A DNA stretch of 63,722 bases, counting the filler, from Octopus bimaculoides (Eukaryota): assembly GCF_001194135.2 (NCBI RefSeq). It is 8 parts of 7 records of this genome, joined end to end, with 100 filler letters (N's around TTAATTAATTAA, not from the genome) between each part and the next. Parts side by side here need not be neighbours in the genome. Positions count along the whole stretch, not along the records: positions 51,903 to 58,523 come from NC_068998.1; positions 58,624 to 61,268 come from NC_068982.1; positions 61,369 to 63,722 come from NC_068981.1; 5 more parts are not named here. The stretch is one strand, 5' to 3'. The notes under the pieces were generated by a model. The model made no database searches. It was given only the letters and a program-made list of their open reading frames with translations, and was not told the DNA's origin. A program made the translations under genes and the position numbers. Positions within the stretch are counted from its first letter, which is position 1. Each line of letters starts with the position of its first letter. Positions 53,100 through 63,722 of this stretch are shown here, piece after piece.

Positions 53100-53999
53100 A
53101 AAACACACACATGATGTGAGTGCATATGCGTATGTACTTGTGTGCGCTTGTGTTTAACTTTACACGTATAATTGTCTGTGTGTATATAAAAGTGTGTATG
53201 TGTGTGTGTGTGTGTATACCTTCGCGGGTACTAACTAGACATGTGTATGAGCGCGCTCGCGCGTGTGTAGTCTAAATATAATGAACAATAAAAAAAACCC
53301 GCCAACATAGAAATGACAAGTTTTAATAAATACGATATTAGCTTAAGGCTTTAATAGAAAGAGTGGTAACGTTTCGGATACTAGTCATTCATCAGAAGAA
53401 CGAGAAAAGCTTAGTAATAAAGATGAACAGTCATTTAGAGAGAGTAGGAAAAACATACGAAGAGTTAGAAACCAGGTAAGAATGCTGTTATATGGCGGGG
53501 GAGATAAGAAAGGAGAAATGAGTTGGTGTATATAAGCAAGTGTAGGTGTGTATCTGTGCCTGCAAGCGGACATAAGAGGTGAGTGTTCGTGCTAATGTGG
53601 AATCTTTGTGTGTAAAATGCAAATGTGGGAGTACTATGGCGTGGATACACAAACATTCCCACACACACACACACACATAGGGAAAATAGTGAGAAAGTGT
53701 TGAAAATGCGCGAATTATACATACATACATACATACATACATACACACATACATATTTGAACGTAGAATACTTTATTTCTGTAACATACGAGATAAATAT
53801 TTCTATTATATATATATATATATATATATATATCGAAGAATATTGCATTTTATGGAAAAGTTTCATATAAAAAATCTTACTGAAAATGGAAAATCCCATT
53901 TTTGTAACCTGTTTACGCTGCTTCCTGCTTATCAAAGTATAACTTATGTTCTTTAATGCAATTTTTAGCTTTGCGGGATTAGAAGGGTNNNNNNNNNNT

Positions 54000-54592
54000 C
54001 ATGTTGGTATATGTCTGGGTCATCAGTTACGAGTTTAGCTTGATGTTGCAAGCCACGGACGACCCCTTTCTTCACACTTTATAGATGGTGAAAATCGAAG
54101 CTCAAGTATTGTCCAATGAATGTGCGCTTGTGATATATAGAAATTGTGAGCCTACACTCTGTTTGAGGTTATTAGCACATCCAAGAAAGCAAGCTTATTA
54201 TTCGTTTTTGTTTTGGTTGTAAAACGTGTCAAAGTTTTTATTGAATTCACATGGTCCAGAAGTACTTGAACTTCATGTTGGTGTCATCTACGAATTTCAG
54301 TCACATGATTGACTTAAATGGCTTTTTTCTCTAAAACCATTTCTTCAAAGTATTCCGTGTATATGGTTACTATCACTAGGGAGAATGGAGAGCTCATTAC
54401 TAAATCTGCCCCATCAATACAAATCAGACTCCATTTGGAAGTATAACACAATTTCAACATCTCTATCAGGTTAACTGGTTTGTTCTCCAACTGAAAGACT
54501 CGAATTGAGTTTACCTCTAACCACCGATAGCAACCTTATCTGCAGGAACTTGACGAATAGGCTTACCACATCCAAAGTTACCATCTTGTTAG
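54000..54592 (-). mobile_element. Decayed Penelope-like retroelement RT (second subfamily)
   Basis: MVTLDVVSLFVK, DGADLVMSSPFSLVIVTIYTEYFEE, LKFVDDT and KLAFLDVLIT match the PLE MGSPLSP..YME / RYVDD / L.FLDV series. Confidence 0.85.
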
Positions 54593-54704
54593 GTAGATAG
54601 GTAGGTAGGTAGGTAGGTAGGTAGGTAGGTAGGTAGGTAGGTAGGTAGGTAGATAGGTAGTTGGGTGGGTAGGTTTTGAGTGGGTGGGTAGGTGGATAAA
54701 TAAA

Positions 54705-54736
<32 letters not shown>

Positions 54737-54790
54737 TAGAGAGATAGATACATACATACATACATACATACATACATACATACATAGGAC
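54590..54790. repeat. (GGTA)n/(GATA)n/(CATA)n compound microsatellite at the end of the PLE RT fragment
   Basis: Direct reading. Confidence 0.95.
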
Positions 54791-56285
54791 AAGCTTCCTC
54801 GGAGTTTCTGTCTACCGGTTCTACCCAAGAGGCACTAGTCAAGACACCCTTCCCTGTGGGATCCAACGCAGTACAACGTCGTTGCGAAGCGAACTTCTTA
54901 ACTACATAACAATCTCTACGCAGATGTTGAAATTACATGTTAGAAAAAAGACCAAAAAAAAAAACTGACTAAAACAAGAACCGGAAGGTATTTTACTGAT
55001 TTAGTTTTTTTCACATATATATTATTTTGTTATATTTTATTTTATTTCAGTGGAAGGAACAAGTGAATCACAAGTAATGTAGAAGAAATTTATATTAGTT
55101 CTTTAGTGTCATGCACGATTAAAATATATTTGTTTTACTGTCAGTATTTGGCAGTCTTGCACAATTAGAATAGTTTGTTATTATGTTATTTGGCAGTTTT
55201 TATTCCACTTTACGTGCATATCTAACAATTTCGATATGGCAAACTGACAGGGAACTCAATCAAACAGACATATACACATGTGCATATGTATATATACACA
55301 CATATATGTATGTAATTACACATATACATATGTGCGTGTTTGCGTGTTTGCGCGTTTGCGTGCGTGCGTGTGCGCGTGTGTGTTTGTATTTGTAGGTTTG
55401 AGTTTACAAAGAGGAGGAAAGAATACTCGATACAAATGTAGAGTGTAATTATTTTTTCTTATGCTGTTTCTATTCATATTTCCCCTGTCGCTGATCACGT
55501 AACTGAATTCTGAAGCATAAAATACTATATTTATAACAAAAACAATAGAGGTGGGTAGTCAGTGAAATTTTAAAAAGTATAAAAGAAATACTTGTGTCTT
55601 TTACATGTTTCCGTCTTTGAACTGCGGCGATGCTGAAGCACTTAATCGGGGGGGAAAATGCTCTAGCCGCAGAGCCAATCGTAGAATCACTAAACTTGTA
55701 TGCATCGTGGATTTTAAATTATTTTAAATGTCCTTGATTGTAAAATTCCTGTATTCATCTGAAGAAAATGGGTTTTTTTATAATGATCTAATGTACTCAT
55801 TGATGAATATCAAAAAAATCGTTAGAAACGGCTGTAATGAATTGACACTTATCCATCAATTGTTATATATGTGTATATATATATGTACACACACACTCAC
55901 ACACACAAACACATATGTATGTATATACATATTCTTTTATTCTTATACATGTTTCAGCCCTAAGGCAGTGGCCATGCTGCAGCCGTTTACTCAACATATA
56001 GGAATTAAACATATTCTGTATGTCTTAAATGATCTCTGACGAGATTCGCCTTTCAAATAAATTTTAACTTCATTAATTAATTTTCTGAAGGTCTTGAATT
56101 GAAACAGCTGTAAGGGATGTTTGTCAATTTTTAAATCAATAAACAATAATTTATCAATTATCTCTCTATTTTCTTATCTTGTTATAATAAATAAACATAA
56201 ACCACGGTTTATATAGTTAAGGTAACTAACCAGTACTTTCATAGGATCTTGCTATTTCTCAATAAGATTNNNNNNNNNNTATATA

Positions 56286-56321
<36 letters not shown>

Positions 56322-56333
56322 TGTATGTATACA

Positions 56334-56365
<32 letters not shown>

Positions 56366-56628
56366 CACATATATGCATCCTGCATTTTGTTGATGTTTGA
56401 GTATGTGCATACATATATATATATGTATGTGTGTGTGTATGTGTAAGTATGTATGTATGCACATGTATATGTGTGTGTGTGAAAGCATGATGGAAGTTGA
56501 GGGTGGTTATTTTGTGTACCCTGTTATTTCCCACCCATAATCTAGTTCATATTGGGAGGGGGAGTTTTTTTTATTGTATTTATTTTGGGATGTGTTTTCT
56601 TTGTATTTTATGCAAACTTTACAAGTTT

Positions 56629-56709
56629 TCCCCGGCGGGTAACCGCTTCTTCAGACAAATCCAACTATACGGTTTGGATTTGTCTGAAGAAGTGGTTGCA
56701 CGCCATGGA
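56629..56709 (+). ncRNA. Pre-miRNA-like long hairpin (candidate)
   Basis: 56641-56664 pairs with 56674-56697 over 24 bp (one G:U) around a 9-nt loop. A further 12-position lower stem has 9 pairs. Confidence 0.45.
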
Positions 56710-57612
56710 TTTTAGCGTTGCTTCAGAGTGAATGGTTCTTGAATCCGACAGATGTTAATGTTTGTTTGTATGGATCAAGGTATTTCTTGTATGATTTTTT
56801 TCTGGAGATGGATCCTCTACGAAAGTTTTCCATCGAGAAATTACGACATTATTATTTCAATTTTCAATTTACAAGTTTTTCTGTATCGTTTTCCAAATTA
56901 TGATTATAAAGCATGACTTTATAAATGAAAAGTCAATTCGAAACACGTTTTGAAATTTAACAATATTCTTTCAAACTCTGTAAATGATTAACAAAAAATT
57001 TCACTTCTTCGTTCTGTTACTTCTTTATTTCTTTACTCTTGTAGTTTTCTTCATATAAATTGCTGTTTGTATGCAACCTACAATACTTTTTGCTTATTCG
57101 GTTGATTTTAGTTTACATTTATATACACTTTTGTATACGCAATCAGACATTTTCTATTTATGCGATTATTATCTTTACAAAGCTACAATCAATGCTTTTT
57201 TTTTTGTTTAATTTTTGCCTTCTTAATACTTTTTTTTTAATGTTTCACTATTTCATTGCTTAGACCTCGTTCGAGAATCGGAGACGTGAAATCCAGAATT
57301 ACGAAGTTTGAAGCTTCTAATTAATAAATACAAATATTTGACACTTTATTTTAAGTATCAACTACATTCTTTTCGCCTTCTTGATAACACTGAAGTTTTG
57401 CATTCAACTGCTTCGATGCAAACAAACACACACATGCACACACACACACACACATACACACACACGCACACGCACACGCACACACATACACACGGACACG
57501 CACACGCATATGTCTACATAACTATAATATATCGCTATAAATCTGCCAGCTTGTCTATCTTTCTATAAATCTATTTCTATGAGTATCTTTCTGTTCGTCT
57601 ATTTATCTATCT

Positions 57613-57651
<39 letters not shown>

Positions 57652-57752
57652 TGTGTGTGCGCGCGTGCGTGTGTGTTTTGAACAGATCCACACTTACCTA
57701 TAAGTATTCTCATAAATATTTACATACGTCGCATTAACAACACACTCATGTA

Positions 57753-57850
<98 letters not shown>

Positions 57851-57853
57851 ATT

Positions 57854-57913
<60 letters not shown>

Positions 57914-59435
57914 TGAACATGTTTGTATACATGTTTGTATGCATGTATACATGTTTGTATGCATGTATGCATATTTATATAAATCTCTTTGTGTGTGCGT
58001 GCGCATATAATATATGATATATATTTAACATAAATAAATTATACGTATGACAGTTGTGTCTGGCAAGAGTCATTTTCTTTTTGTGCCTTATAATTTAACA
58101 CACTCACCGGTAAAATTTCCACTTATTTCCATTTATTCCTTATTTTTATTTTCCTAAAATTTTCGTTGCGTCTTGCAACCTTTTCAATAGTCTTGACACA
58201 ACAAAATATGCTTCAACACACGAACTCACATGAAGAATCTTGCAAACCAAATCCAAAAACGAAATACGTATGACTATTTTATAAAAATACATGTTAAAAG
58301 GATAACGAAATAGCAGACATGATAAAAATATTTAATAAGATGTAACAGAATAACTAATAAAATTACATATCTAATAATACAGATAATAAAATATATCATA
58401 AATTTTTTTACACGCTTGTTTGTGTGTGTATGTACACACACACACACACACACAAACTTTTATAGTTTTATGTTCTTATGCTTTTAGTAATTTCCGTCAC
58501 TAGCCTGCAGCCATATATATGAGNNNNNNNNNNNNNNNNNNNNNNNNNNNNNNNNNNNNNNNNNNNNTTAATTAATTAANNNNNNNNNNNNNNNNNNNNN
58601 NNNNNNNNNNNNNNNNNNNNNNNATATATATATATATATATATATAATTTGACGTGATGAAGGTGGACTTGATATTATTCAAGCACAGACAATGTCGGAG
58701 CCTGTAAACAGTTGGCCAGTATTCTATCATCTTTGCTGACTCTCCACTTTGAAATGAAATCAAACTATAAACAAAAAAAAAATAAAAAAGAATGGTTTTG
58801 GAAAGCAGAATTTGTAGTAATAACAAAGACTATGATCGCCCAAGAAAGCAGACAGAAGCCATCTCAATGCAGTCATAGGCAAAAACAATGGAATATTACA
58901 TTATCATAGCGCTGAAAGTATTATAAAAATATTTTAATCAATACGTTGCTAAGAAATTGGAACAAAAGGAAATAACTACATAAAAAAGTAAAAACGTGGC
59001 ATAGAAGAAGGATTAAGATAATAAATGATGAATAACGTCCCACTGCGTTTAGATCAAGTAGTTATTCTGTTAGCTATGATGGAATGGAAACAATGGGGCA
59101 TTTAAAAGAAGGATATATATATAAATACATATAGTGAGAATTTACAAAGGACGAAAGACATGTATATATATATATGAAAGGCTCACTTTTTTCAGCGTTC
59201 ACGACTTCACATCGTCTTGGCTTAACAAACCTCACCGTTTGATTTTACTGTCCTGTTTTTGTTACCACTTTCACCCTCTGCAAAAAATCCCAAATTTTAT
59301 TCAATTTGCTTTGTGAGAACGTCTGTTTTAACGAAGTTGCGTCTTGTCCTTACCTTCGAAACGCGGAGTAGATAAAACAGGGGACTACCGATGAAGGGAA
59401 TGTTCTTTATGTTGCATGTCTCGTTNNNNNNNNNN

Positions 59436-59467
<32 letters not shown>

Positions 59468-59633
59468 GAACGTGTATATTGTCCGTTTCTTGTATCACCT
59501 AACTGTATGAATGTTTTGCGTTCTTGTCCCATTCTGTATTATGCATATATATAGCGGCGTACGTTCACTTTGTCTCTTATATGTAAGTACACATTTTTCT
59601 AAATCTTGTATGACACTATTTGTAAACTACGTT

Positions 59634-60010
59634 ACGTAGTTTACAAATGCATAATAAGTACGATAACCGTGAATCATATATAGTAGGATCTATAATTAAT
59701 CTGAAACAGAGAATATATAACCATAGGTCTTCTTTTAGACTAAGACATAAGGCAAATAGTACGACATTAGCAAATAAAATTTGGGAGTTAAAGTATAATG
59801 GTATTAGTTTTAGCCTTAAATGGGAAATTATAAGAAAAGCCCAATCTTATAGAAATAGTAGATATGGATGTGAATCATGTTCTATGGAAATATATGAAAT
59901 TTTTTAACTTAGAAATAATCCTAACCTAATCAATAATAGATTAGACCTTAGAGTATTGTGTGTACACTGCTCTACTCGCACTTTTAGATTTTTAAAAAAG
60001 TAGTTATTAT
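59634..60010 (+). mobile_element. Penelope-like GIY-YIG endonuclease (C-terminal end of a PLE), 5'-truncated
   Basis: VVYKCII, then after a frameshift ESYIVGSIINLKQRIYNHRSSFRLRHKANSTTLANKIWELK..ISFSLKWEIIRKAQSY..CESCSME, then NLINNRLDLRVLCVH. Confidence 0.85.
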
Positions 60011-60472
60011 AAAGATGTGGTATTTCAACTTCTACCATGTTCATCTTAGGCTACTAATTAGCACATATTTAAATTTGAAATTGAACCTTTATAACATATA
60101 TTTCTGATCTCCCACCTTAACATACAATCTTCTTGTGATAACTAAGAATTCAACTTTATCCTTGGATGGTATATTTTAAATACCAGTTGCGCATTGGGGA
60201 CGATCTAATCGGCTGGCCCCATCTCCCCAAATTTCGATCCTTACGTCTAGAGTAGAATTGAATACTTAATTTATTAAAATTATTTGCACATAAAATTAGA
60301 TAACATCACTTTTGTTATTTTCAGTGTCGTTAATCGTGATAATACATCAATCATAACTATAATAATAATTTTATTGTAACTTTTAATTCTTTTGATAAAA
60401 ATACTTGAGTTTTGTATGCATTTTCTTTTTTCATAACTGTATACCTACATACTGTGTGTGTATATATAGTAG

Positions 60473-60892
60473 TGGGTAGCGATTTTCTTCATTCCTTCAG
60501 GGAGTGACGATCCTGCCTGGCACGAGCCCCGGGATCAGCTAGCTCCGGCTGACAGTACCCGGTACAGGCCCCTATTCAGGGTTACGGAAAGGAGACAACC
60601 TTCAAAGAAATCCGAAGTGGAGCCCCGTAGGCGGTTTAGTGTTCGACTCGACACTCTTCCGGCAACTCCTGCAACCAGGCTGGTGCCAAACGTAATACTC
60701 TGCAGTCCTTTGGACTACGTCAGCAAGGTCGAGAGAGGAATCCTGACGATTGGGCGACCCAGGATTTTCTTACATCTAGCCCAGACCTGCGCAAAACTGG
60801 AGAGGAAACTGGAGAGGACACTTCAGTGAAAAACCAAACTGGATCATTTCATGCGCAACTTCATTGTCTCCCGAGACAAAATGATGCCAACA
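60473..60892 (+). mobile_element. GC-rich non-coding repeat, possibly the 5' UTR region of an RTE-clade LINE
   Basis: An abrupt GC-rich island between TA microsatellites. GCTGGTGCCAAACGTA..CCTTTGGACTACGTCAGCAAGGTCGAGAGAGG resembles RTE 5' regions as I recall them; unverified. Confidence 0.45.
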
Positions 60893-61550
60893 ATATATAT
60901 ATATGTATATATATATATAGGAAAATGAAAAAAAAAAAGGCAGAATGCTAAACTGGAAGCATATTTTAATAAAGATTTCTTCTAACCGGTTTTCATTGCG
61001 AAAAACAAATTATCAAGAAAAGGAGAATGAAAATGTTTTTTTACAAAGAAGTACAAAATGAAGAAAATAATATATAAAACAATAATATATAAAAAAATAA
61101 ATATACCCATACATTATATTGTCTTTGAGCTTTTGAAGTTCAATAGTAGTTCATGTATAAACTGGTAGGAAAAATAAGGATGCATAAGAGTTGAGAGTTT
61201 TGTTAGGTTTAAAAAAAGGGATTAAAAGTTTGTGTTAAGAAGGAAGTATTGTTGTGAGTCTGTAGGTTNNNNNNNNNNNNNNNNNNNNNNNNNNNNNNNN
61301 NNNNNNNNNNNNTTAATTAATTAANNNNNNNNNNNNNNNNNNNNNNNNNNNNNNNNNNNNNNNNNNNNAAAATATTCTCAGTTTTAGAAAGACGCGTCTC
61401 TCTCTCCCTCTCTCCCGTCTCTTCTCTTTCCCGTCTCTCTAACTCTCTCTCCTTTCTCCCTGTCTATTCCTTTCTCTCTCTTTCTCTTTGTTCCTTTGTC
61501 TATCGCTTATATCTTGCCTCTCCGATGCACTTATCACTTTCTCTTTTTTC

Positions 61551-61598
<48 letters not shown>

Positions 61599-61916
61599 GC
61601 ACGCGCGCACACACACACACATACACACACTTTATCTGACAAGAAACATATTGTGACTTATTTTACCTATCTCTTCAGAAAGATCACATACATACTGTTG
61701 GACTCAGAACTGTTTCTATCAAAAGCAGTGTAGTTATTGTCTGTAGATGCGTGTGTCTCCCACGCTATAACATCTCATCCATAGTGTGGCTCTGACTCTC
61801 TGTCTCAGTGTTTGAGATAACAGCGTCGACTGCAACGACGGAGACACCAACGACGGTGGCAACAACAACAACTACAACAACAATAAGCGTTACGACAATA
61901 ATCTGACACGAAGGAT

Positions 61917-61965
<49 letters not shown>

Positions 61966-62429
61966 CTCCACCACCAACATTATCACGTCCCCAACCATCA
62001 TATCATTATTATTTACTAAAACGGTTTGAAAAAACAGTGGTGAGTGGAGGTAATTTCGTGTGAAAAATCAACATAGGTATGAGCTGAAAAAGAAAATTAT
62101 GAAATATAAAAATACATACATACATACATACATAAATACATACATACATACATGCATGCATCTAGACATGAAAATATATACATAAAAACGCATCCATAAA
62201 ACAAACATACAAATCTGCGCATACACTAACACCAAATACTGCACACACACATATGCACAAATACCTAGATGATGTTGATAAAAGTTCCAATGAAGGAGCC
62301 TTGAATCTATGTTAGAGTCCGGCTCTTTCTCTATTGACAATAAATACAGAAATGAAACTGATTGATAACATACATACATACATACATACATACATACATA
62401 CATACATACATACATACATACATAAATAG

Positions 62430-62640
62430 GACAAAGAAATAAGAACCCACAATATGGTAGAAGTCATAGCCATTTATGATAATAGGAAATACTGGTGGAA
62501 TGTCCTAGTGAAGACCCCAATGATATATAAGTACAACACGCCTGGTATAATGATTTGGGATAGAGAATCGAAATTGTGCACAGTTGTGGAAATTAGCCGC
62601 CCAGCGGATGTTAACATAAAGCTGAACCGCGCATAACAAA
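62430..62640 (+). mobile_element. R4/Dong-clade restriction-like endonuclease (RLE) fragment
   Basis: KYWWNVLVKTPMIYKYNTPGIMIWDRESKLCTVVEISRPADVNIK, a degenerate PD...(D/E) RLE motif. Confidence 0.8.
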
Positions 62641-62790
62641 GGCATTGTAAAATACCTTGAATGTATGTTCATCATAAGCATCTCTAAATCTTCTGATACT
62701 GCTCCCAAGGACCAAACTACAATTAGCACTATCTTCATCTTCTTTATTCTCCATAGCCAGGCTTTTCGTACTTAAGAGGGTTGTATTTAA
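62640..62790 (-). mobile_element. Short R4/Dong RLE C-terminal fragment
   Basis: KYNPLKYE followed, after a frameshift, by MKIVLIVVWSLGAVSEDLE; the nucleotides resemble 63040-63110. Confidence 0.65.
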
Positions 62791-62832
62791 TTATCATCAT
62801 CATCATCATCATCATTATTATTATTATTATTT

Positions 62833-63471
62833 CTCTTTATCACAGGTTTTGTTTGAGCTCCTGGAGTCTTCCATGTGTACAGTACCACATAATCCATTCT
62901 TTTCAGCTATCGGACACTTTCCTGATTATTCTAGCCGTGTCAAGGAAGCAAACCTTTTGTAGCAGTTCTACTGGGCACTCTATTCCAATTTCCTTTATAT
63001 TCTTCTTGTTGCCCTCTGATACTGTCTCAAAGGAGCCAACAATAATTGGCACTATCTTCCCCTTCTTCATTTTCCAAAGTCGGCTATTTCATACTTAAGA
63101 TGGTTGTATCTATCTTTTCGCCTTCTTTCTTGACTATTCGTGGGTCAAAGGGGCGTGCAACATCAACTATATAGCATATGTGGTGCACCTTGTCCACCAC
63201 CACTTAGTCCAATCTGTTATGATCTAGCCCGTTTTCTGTTTGGATTAGGAAATCCCTGAGGATTTTGCTACTCTCAGACTTCGCTGTGGTACTCATACCA
63301 TGTCCTGCCTCTCTTTAGCCCTAACTTTTTGCACAGTTTCCAATGTAGCACTTTCGCTACCTGGTCGTGTCTCCACAACTTGTAGTAGTTTTGGGCAAGT
63401 CTAGAGCATCCGTTCGTGAATTCGGCAATGGTTTCATCCACCCTATTGCAATTGCAGCACAGCAGAGGCAC
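62833..63471 (-). mobile_element. 5'-truncated R4/Dong element: knuckle, RLE, short 3' UTR and (TAA)n tail
   Basis: CNRVDETIAEFTNGCSRLAQNYYKLWRHDQVAKVLHWKLCKKLGL, ILRDFLIQTENGLDHNRLD*VVVDK..IVDVARPFD and IVPIIVGSFETVS..LLQKVCFLDTARIIRKV. Flanked on both sides by TAA repeats. Confidence 0.9.
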
Positions 63472-63491
63472 TTATTATTATTATTATTATT

Positions 63492-63722
63492 GTTCAGTAG
63501 TTTTATTTTTATATTTATAACGTGCTTTCACTTCACTACCGAGCGCAGCTCTGTGCGCATTGGGTATGTGCTGTGGTTTGCTGTGGTGCTCTTATGTTTA
63601 CTGTATTGAAAGTGTTTTGCGTAGAATGTGTGCAGTACCCAGTAGTGCAATTTTCTGTATGTTATATATATTTGTAAGTCCTGCTATTTTTGTTATGTAT
63701 TTGTCTGAATATTTTTTTATTA
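63492..63722 (-). mobile_element. 3' end of another R4/Dong subfamily element (runs off the window)
   Basis: Minus strand reads KKYSDKYITKIAGLTNIYNIQKIALLGTAHILRKTLSIQ*, then a ~100-nt 3' UTR ending in (AAT)n. Confidence 0.85.

Noticed and set aside
58160-58200. Minus-strand GTTGC-AAGAC-GCAAC-GAAA as a hammerhead
   Set aside because: Stem II is good but the core reads TTGAAAA and stems I and III are missing.

Overview
AT-rich, microsatellite-dense eukaryotic DNA from a gapped draft assembly. It has many N runs, seven of which carry the artificial TTAATTAATTAA linker. The SINE repertoire looks like octopus (coleoid cephalopod); this is recalled, not searched. No host protein-coding gene, rRNA, true tRNA or CRISPR array is recognisable, and nearly all listed ORFs are microsatellite or N-gap translations. 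The window is intronic or intergenic and built from decayed mobile DNA: at least five tRNA-derived or other SINE families, R4/Dong-clade LINE fragments sitting in (TAA)n repeats, Penelope-like RT and GIY-YIG fragments, a CR1/L2-type RT, a DD34D mariner, and DD37D maT elements, one interrupted by a 312-bp solo LTR. Best leads: (1) a near-intact type I hammerhead ribozyme at 43762-43828, just before a gap; (2) an 81-nt pre-miRNA-like hairpin at 56629-56709; (3) a perfect 15-bp fold-back palindrome at the 5' truncation of a Penelope endonuclease fragment; (4) a chain of Dong/R4 insertions separated by TAA repeats at 62430-63722; (5) recurrent head-to-tail SINE junctions; and (6) several inverted-repeat pairs that could form long dsRNA. 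All folds and alignments were done by eye.
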